From the NCBI GenBank assembly GCA_040905425.1, contig JBBDRO010000101.1:9333-28904 (forward strand): DNA of 19,572 nucleotides. The letters are read 5' to 3'. Under the pieces are notes generated by a model. That model searched no databases, had not been told where the DNA came from, and saw nothing but the letters and a program-made list of their open reading frames with translations. Positions 13,771 to 19,572 of this stretch are shown here, one piece after another (the stretch's first letter is position 1; each line of letters opens with the position of its first letter). The position numbers and the translations under genes are program-made. This stretch comes from Gemmatimonadota bacterium (GTDB lineage Bacteria > Gemmatimonadota > Gemmatimonadetes > Longimicrobiales > RSA9).

Positions 13771-13814
13771 GCGGACAGTCTATGCGCGGGCGCGCCGTGC
13801 CGCTACGCCGCTCG

Positions 13815-16346
13815 TCACAGGGAGGATGGGGCGCCTCCGGCGTCCGCCACCAGCGCGGCCCGCTCCCCCCCGGCATAAAAGCGCCGCAGTTCGGCGTGCA
13901 CCTGCTCCCATGGCCCTGCCACCACGGGCGCCGGCGGCAGCGACTCCAGCAGGTAGCGCCCGTACCCGCGCGCCTGCACCCGGCCGTCGAGCAGGAGGAC
14001 GGCGCCCCGGTCGGCGCGCGAGCGGATGAGGCGGCCGAAGCCCTGCTTCAGACGGAGCGCGGCATGCGGCAGCATGAAATCGGCGAAGCCGCTCCGCCCG
14101 TCCAGCTCGAGCGCCTCGATGCGCGCCGCCGTGAGCGGCTCGCTCGGCACCTTGAAGGGCAGCTTGGCAATGACCAGCCCGCGCAGCGGCTCACCGGGCA
14201 CGTCCACGCCCTCCCAGAAGGACGCCACGCCCAGGAGGATGCCGCGTCCCGAGGTGGTGAAGCTGGCCAGCAACCGGGCGCGGGGCCCCTCCCCCTGCAC
14301 GAAGAGCGGCCAGCGCCGCTCGACGCCGCGCGCGCGCAGCCCGGCGGCCACCGCCTTCAGGGAGCGCCAGGAGGTGAAGAGCACGAAGATTCCGCCATCG
14401 GTCAGGCGCGCCAGTTCCTCGGTAGCGCGGGCCACGGCCTGGTCGAAGGCCGGGCCGCGCGCTTCGGGCAGGTCCGTGGGAATGCCGACCACCGCCTGGG
14501 TGGCGAAGTCGAAGGGGGAGGGGTAGCTGCGCTCCGTGACGCGCAGTCCCCCGCCGAGGCCCAACCGCTGGCGCAGGAAGTCGAAGCCGCTCCGGGTGGC
14601 CAGCGTGGCCGACGTGAGCACGGCCGCGTCCACCTGTTCGAAGAGCGCGTCCCGGAGCAGCGGCCCGATGTCCACGGGTGCGGCATTGGCGGCCACGTTC
14701 GGCTCCCCCGCCCCGCCCCGCCGCTCCAGCCAACGCACGAGCGGCACCGCCTCGTCCGCGGTGGAGAAGGTCAGGCGCAGGCCGTCCGCGGCGTCCCGGA
14801 GCCGCCCCTCGATGCCATTGACCTCCAGCAGCCGCTCCTCGTGGCGCGCGGCCGCGTCGCGGTCCTCCTGGAGTCCGACGCGTACAGCCCGGAGGCCGCG
14901 CACCAGTTCATCCAGCAACAGGACGAGCGAGTCCAGCGCGTCGGCCGGGCCCTCGACCCACGCCGGCTCGGCCGCAAAACCCTCGGCCAAGCGCACCACG
15001 CCGTCATGTGCCGCGGTGGTCATGCGCTCCAGGCGGTCAAACAGATCCGCCGCCTGCTGGCGGGCGCGCTCCACGGCGGGACGCAAATCCTCCCGCACCT
15101 GGCGCAGCGCTTCCGCCGTGAGCAGGTCACTCCGTTCCGCACGGAGCGCGCCTTCCAGGGCCGGCAGCATGCCCTTGCCCCGCCGCTCCAGGCGGGCCAG
15201 CAGCCGGAACAGGCCGCGGCGCGAGACGCGCGCGCCGAGGTGGGAGGTGGCGGCATCCTCCAGGTTGTGCGCTTCGTCCAGCACCACGCGCCGGTAGGGC
15301 GGCAAAACGGCGGCCGCCGTGTAGTTGCCAGTGGCGCGCCGCACCGCCAGATCGCTGAAGAGCAGGTGGTGGTTGACCACGAGCACGTCGGCCGAGGACG
15401 CCTCGCGCCGGGCTCGCTGGTAGAAGCAGTCCTCGAAGTGCGGACAGCGGGCGCGCAGGCAGACGTCCGGGTCACTGCGCACCTCGTCCCACACGTCGTT
15501 CGATGGCTGCACCGGCAGGTCCTGCAGGGAGCCGTCACGGGTGGTCTCCACCCATGCCTGGACGGCCGCCATCTCCCGCTCCTGCGCGCCCTCGAAGAGC
15601 GTACCCTGCGCGGCCGCCGCCAGGCGCGCGCGGCGGATGGAAATGTAGTTGCCGCGCCCCTTGACCAGCGCCCAGCGGAAGGACTCGCCCAGCGCGGAGC
15701 GCAGGAAGGGCAGGTCCTTGCCCACGAGCTGTTCCTGCAGGTTGATGGTGTTGGTGGACACCACCGTGCGCTCCCGGTTGCGCAGCGCCCAGCGCACCGC
15801 TGGGATGAGATACGCCACGGACTTGCCGGTGCCGGTCCCGGCCTCGGCAACCAGTACGCCGCCCTCGTTGTAGGCGTCCGTGACGGCGCGCGCGAAGTCG
15901 CGCTGCATGGGGCGATCCTCGTAGCCGGCGTGCGCCGCCGCCACGGGCCCGCCGGGCGCTAGCGCCGCCTCCACCGCCGCCCCGTCGATGGGCTCGATAC
16001 GGCTCTCGGGCGCCGGCTCCACCACCACGTAGAGCTCGCGGGCCTCATTGTCGATAATGGCCAGCCCGAAGCCCTCCGCGTACAGGCGGGCGGCCACGTC
16101 CAGATCGGCGTCGGAGGGAGAGAGGTCACCCGAGGGGTGGTTGTGGACGAGCAGGGTGCCGGGCGCCAGGGCACGGGCGGCCGCCAGCACCGCGCGGGCA
16201 TTGCCCCGTGCCACCACGCGCGCCTCACAGACGTGGCCACGCTCGTCTATGCGGGTGGCGAAGCAGACCTCGTTGCCCTGTGCGCGGGCCACCTCGGCAC
16301 GCATGGCGGCCGCGGCCTCCGACGTGAGCGCCAGGGTGCCGATCAC
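13815..16346 (-). CDS. DinG/YoaA-family SF2 helicase with N-terminal JAB/RadC-like domain
   Basis: 843 aa. JAB motif E...HNHPSGDLSPSDAD. Helicase motifs YEDRPMQ, EAGTGTGKS, STNTINLQEQL, VVNHHLLF, DEAH, LTSATL, LFTS, SFWEGVDVPG, KLPF and QGFGRLIRS. Confidence 0.93.
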   Translation of the reverse strand: MIGTLALTSEAAAAMRAEVARAQGNEVCFATRIDERGHVCEARVVARGNARAVLAAARALAPGTLLVHNHPSGDLSPSDADLDVAARLYAEGFGLAIIDNEARELYVVVEPAPESRIEPIDGAAVEAALAPGGPVAAAHAGYEDRPMQRDFARAVTDAYNEGGVLVAEAGTGTGKSVAYLIPAVRWALRNRERTVVSTNTINLQEQLVGKDLPFLRSALGESFRWALVKGRGNYISIRRARLAAAAQGTLFEGAQEREMAAVQAWVETTRDGSLQDLPVQPSNDVWDEVRSDPDVCLRARCPHFEDCFYQRARREASSADVLVVNHHLLFSDLAVRRATGNYTAAAVLPPYRRVVLDEAHNLEDAATSHLGARVSRRGLFRLLARLERRGKGMLPALEGALRAERSDLLTAEALRQVREDLRPAVERARQQAADLFDRLERMTTAAHDGVVRLAEGFAAEPAWVEGPADALDSLVLLLDELVRGLRAVRVGLQEDRDAAARHEERLLEVNGIEGRLRDAADGLRLTFSTADEAVPLVRWLERRGGAGEPNVAANAAPVDIGPLLRDALFEQVDAAVLTSATLATRSGFDFLRQRLGLGGGLRVTERSYPSPFDFATQAVVGIPTDLPEARGPAFDQAVARATEELARLTDGGIFVLFTSWRSLKAVAAGLRARGVERRWPLFVQGEGPRARLLASFTTSGRGILLGVASFWEGVDVPGEPLRGLVIAKLPFKVPSEPLTAARIEALELDGRSGFADFMLPHAALRLKQGFGRLIRSRADRGAVLLLDGRVQARGYGRYLLESLPPAPVVAGPWEQVHAELRRFYAGGERAALVADAGGAPSSL

Positions 16347-16425
16347 GGACGCTGCCCGGGCCGCAGCGGGGACCCCGTGGGACCGCGTACGATGCGGTGT
16401 GACGCCCGGGCCATGGCCAGCCGCC

Positions 16426-17697
16426 TCAGTTCGTCTTCAGCGTCTTCTTCCGCGCCGCGGGGAAGAGCACGTTGTTCAGGATGAGCCGGTAGCCCGGGGA
16501 GTGCGGGTGCAGGTCCAGATCCGTGTGCGCGTCGCCGATCTGGTGCTGCGGATCCTCCGGATCGTGGCCGCCCAGGAACGTCCACGTGCCTTCGCCGAAG
16601 TTGCCGTGCACGTACTTGGTCCACCCGGTTCCCTCCTCCTCCGCCAGGACCACCACGTTGGACTTCAGCCGGTCCCGACGGAAGCTGGTGGTGAGGCCGT
16701 AAAAATCCGCGATCACGCTCTCGTGGTTCTGCACCAGCATGGACGGGACCGGGTCGAAGCGCGGGCTGAAGTCGAAGAGGGTGAACGCGCCGAGCGGCTG
16801 CCTCCAGGGCGTGTTCACCTGGTGGCCGTCGATGTCGCTGAAGGCATTGACCGAGGGATTGGTCTGGATCTCCGCGTCGCGGAAGGCCATGCTCCGCTCC
16901 CACTGCATGCGGCTCGTGGCGTCCGGATCCACGGGCGTGCCGTCACTGAAAGGCGCGGCAATGTCCACGTCGGCGCCAGCCAGCGCCAGTTCGATGGTCT
17001 CCGTGGCGGTGCACATGGCAAAGAGGAACCCGCCCTCACCCACGTAGCGGCGGATCTCCTCCGCCACCGCCTTCTTCAGAGCGGGCACGTGCGGCAGGCC
17101 GAAACGCGTGGCCATGGCCTCATTCTCCCGCACCGCTTCCTGCAGCCAGGTGGAGGCTCCGTAGGTGATGTAGAACTTGGAGTACTGACCGGTGAAATCC
17201 TCGTGGTGCAGGTGGAGCCAGTCGTACTCGCCCAGTTGCCCCTGCATCACCTCCCCATCCCAGATCTTCTCGTAGGGGATCTCGGCGTACTCCAGCGCCA
17301 GCGTAACGGCGTCATCCCAGGGGTTGGCGTTGTCCGGCGTGTAAACGGCAATATCCGGCGCCTTCTCCAGGATGATGCGCTCCATGTTGCCCTCCTCCAT
17401 GGCCTGGAGGATGCCGGCCTCCGTGCCGGCCTCGATTGGCTCCGCGCCCACGCCCCGCAGCGCCGCTTCCCGCCGGATCTCCGGCAGATCGGGCAGCAGG
17501 AAGGATCCCCCGCGGTAGTTGAGCAGCCACTCCGCCGTCTGGTCCTGCTCCAGGACCCAGTAGGTCAGGCCGTACGCCTTGAGGTGGTTGGTCTGCCTGC
17601 CGTCCATGGGCACGAGAAGCTTCTGGGCGCTCACCGTCCCGGGCGCGATGAGCGCCAGGAGGAGGGCCATCAGGATGACGAAACGCGGCAGCTTCAT
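16426..17697 (-). CDS. Secreted conserved protein with a class I glutamine amidotransferase-like core (family often labelled 'asparagine synthetase B')
   Basis: 423 aa. Signal peptide ...PGTVSA/QK, then LLVPMD..QTNHLKAYG, EWLLNYRGGSF, PWDDAVTLALEYAEIPY, WLHLHHEDFTGQY, GGFLFAMCTAT, GGHDPED and GYRLILNNVLFPAA. ATGA overlap with the TPR gene. Confidence 0.8.
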   Translation of the reverse strand: MKLPRFVILMALLLALIAPGTVSAQKLLVPMDGRQTNHLKAYGLTYWVLEQDQTAEWLLNYRGGSFLLPDLPEIRREAALRGVGAEPIEAGTEAGILQAMEEGNMERIILEKAPDIAVYTPDNANPWDDAVTLALEYAEIPYEKIWDGEVMQGQLGEYDWLHLHHEDFTGQYSKFYITYGASTWLQEAVRENEAMATRFGLPHVPALKKAVAEEIRRYVGEGGFLFAMCTATETIELALAGADVDIAAPFSDGTPVDPDATSRMQWERSMAFRDAEIQTNPSVNAFSDIDGHQVNTPWRQPLGAFTLFDFSPRFDPVPSMLVQNHESVIADFYGLTTSFRRDRLKSNVVVLAEEEGTGWTKYVHGNFGEGTWTFLGGHDPEDPQHQIGDAHTDLDLHPHSPGYRLILNNVLFPAARKKTLKTN

Positions 17698-19520
17698 AGG
17701 GTGCTTCCTTCCCGCTGCCCCGCCCCGCCGCGCCGTCCGGCCGCGACGGAGTTCTTGAGGCCGTCCAGATCCCGGCGTGCCTGCGGTACCAGGGCACTCC
17801 GGGGATGCTCCAGTATGAGTTGCTCCAGCAGAACCCGGGCCTCCGGGGTCCCGCCGGGTCGGGCGGCCAGCGCGCGGGCCAGCGCCACCAGGGCGGCCGG
17901 CGTCTCATGCGCGTGGGGGTGCTCCGTGATGAGGCGCCGGCGCAGCGCCTCGGCCTCCAGCGGGAGCCCCGCCCCGTCGGCCAGCTCGGCCCCGAACGCC
18001 AGCACGGCGGCGGCTTCCCGGGCGGGCAGGTTGCGGGCGGCGCTGCCGATGCGCGCCAGCGCGGTTTCCGGTTCGCCGGCCTGCATGCGCGCGGACGCCT
18101 CCGCCACCACCTCGCCACCCGCCGGGGAGAGGCGCGAGAGGAGCATGGCCAGGGCGATCGTGCGCGTGGCTTCCGCGCCCCGCAACGAGGGCGCGGAGCT
18201 CACGAGTTCGGCGCGGGCGCGTTCCGTATCCCCCCGCCGCAGCAGCAGGCGCCCGCGCACGAGTCCGCTGCGGGCGCCATCCACGCGCCGGACGGCGGCC
18301 TCGGCGGCGGCCGCGTCACCCGCGCCCAGCCACGCCTCCGCCACCGCCGCCGCCACCGCGTCCAGCTCGGGCGCGTCGGGATGATCGCTCCGGAAATCGG
18401 CCAGCGCCTGGCCGGCCTCGGCCGGGCGGCCGTCCCGCGCCAGCAGTTGGATGCGCACCGCACGCGCATGCCGGCGCTCGGGCGAGCCGGGCGCCAGCTC
18501 CTCCTCCAGCGCTCCGTAGTTCAGCGCCGCCGCCGTGGTGTCCCCCAGCTCCAGCGCCAGCTCGGCGTGGCGCGTACGGAGCGCCAGCATGCGCTGCGCG
18601 TCGCCGCCCTGCTCCAGGAGATGCCCGTACGCCCAGTACGCTACGCCATAGAGGCCGCCGCCGTCGGCCCGGCGCGCGGTCTCCAGGAGGAAGGCGTCAT
18701 GCTCCTCCGTGGGCAAGCGTTCGAAGGCGGTCCGGGCCAGCGCCTGCGCGCGCTCGTGGAGTCCCGCGTCCAGCGCCAGGTGTAGCGCGGCGCGCCGCCG
18801 TGGCGCGCTGGACGGCTCCGCGGCGAGCAGTCCCAGCAGCGGGCGGACGACTGCGACCGCGTTGGCCGGCCGCTCCCGCAGGCGCTTCTGCACCAGCAGG
18901 AAGCCGCTACCGTCCGGGCCCACGGCCCGATCCCACTCCAGCGCGGCGCGGTTGAAATCACCGGCCGCCGCGTAGACGTCACCCAACTCCAGCGCCAGCG
19001 CGCTGCCGCCCACCCGTCGGCGGCCCTGGTGCAGGATGTCCAGCGCCTCCGTGTAGGCCGCGCGCTCGCGCAGGATGGCGGCGACCTCCCGGTACGGCGT
19101 CTCCAACCGGGGCGCCTGCTCGATCCAGACCTCGGCCGTGGCGCGCACCTCGTCCATGCGGTCGAGCCCGGCCAGCACGCGCACCCGCGTCTGGTACGCC
19201 AGAGGCGATCCGGGATCCAGCTCCAGCATGCGGTCCGCCGCGGGCAGCACCGCCTCAGGCCGGCCCAGCTGCACCGCCAGGCGCTCGAAGCTGAGCAGTG
19301 CACTCATGGACGCGGGCCGTGCGCTCAGCACCCGCTCGAGCACCGCGGCGGCGCCCGCCAGGTCACCGGAGGCCTCCAGCAGCGCGGCGTGGCGCAGGGA
19401 ATCCAGCTCCACGAAAGGAACCTGCGAGTCGGGCGCTTCCTGCGCCGCTGCCGCCGCGGGCCACGAGCCGGCCAGCAGGAGACCGGTGAGCAGCGCGGCC
19501 GCGGCCCTGCACGGGCGCAT
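17694..19520 (-). CDS. Exported tetratricopeptide-repeat protein
   Basis: About 608 aa from MRPCRAAAALL, with a signal peptide ending AAA/QE. Repeated TPR helices (GDLAGAAAVLERVL, ELGDVYAAAGDFNRAALEW) and a YbgF/BamD-like end (LEQLILEHPRSALVPQARR). The frame stays open to the window edge, so the start is uncertain. Confidence 0.85.
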   Translation of the reverse strand: MRPCRAAAALLTGLLLAGSWPAAAAAQEAPDSQVPFVELDSLRHAALLEASGDLAGAAAVLERVLSARPASMSALLSFERLAVQLGRPEAVLPAADRMLELDPGSPLAYQTRVRVLAGLDRMDEVRATAEVWIEQAPRLETPYREVAAILRERAAYTEALDILHQGRRRVGGSALALELGDVYAAAGDFNRAALEWDRAVGPDGSGFLLVQKRLRERPANAVAVVRPLLGLLAAEPSSAPRRRAALHLALDAGLHERAQALARTAFERLPTEEHDAFLLETARRADGGGLYGVAYWAYGHLLEQGGDAQRMLALRTRHAELALELGDTTAAALNYGALEEELAPGSPERRHARAVRIQLLARDGRPAEAGQALADFRSDHPDAPELDAVAAAVAEAWLGAGDAAAAEAAVRRVDGARSGLVRGRLLLRRGDTERARAELVSSAPSLRGAEATRTIALAMLLSRLSPAGGEVVAEASARMQAGEPETALARIGSAARNLPAREAAAVLAFGAELADGAGLPLEAEALRRRLITEHPHAHETPAALVALARALAARPGGTPEARVLLEQLILEHPRSALVPQARRDLDGLKNSVAAGRRGGAGQREGSTL

Positions 19521-19572
19521 TGGAGGCCGGCGACCCACCAGCGGACTCGCGCCGCCCCGGCCGGCCCCCACG

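Overview
Very GC-rich bacterial chromosomal segment. The protein families and gene order recall Gemmatimonadota, which is an inference from family recognition and not a database result. There are 14 probable CDSs, almost all on the minus strand. In transcription order: TPR protein, secreted GATase-like protein, JAB/RadC-DinG helicase, FAH-family protein, LL-DAP-type aminotransferase, TonB-like anchored hypothetical protein, then BON protein, valS, Ig-like lipoprotein, selA, gmhB, A-type Fe-S carrier (iscA/erpA) and nadA. The only plus-strand gene is a PAS-PAS-GGDEF-EAL c-di-GMP enzyme, divergent from the BON gene. I found no rRNA, tRNA, CRISPR array, transposase or integrase. The region is mostly housekeeping and the interesting signals are fine-scale: (1) a lipoprotein in which half of all Asp residues are followed by Ser/Thr, resembling Bacteroidota O-glycosylation sequons; (2) a polarised 23-bp array that appears to grow out of the nadA stop codon; (3) a 20-bp duplication at the valS stop that creates a 7-codon relay ORF; (4) a NadA tail ending in GCGC, like the adjacent Fe-S carrier; (5) a tandemly duplicated EAL motif; (6) a JAB-DinG fusion with Ser in place of the first Fe-S Cys.
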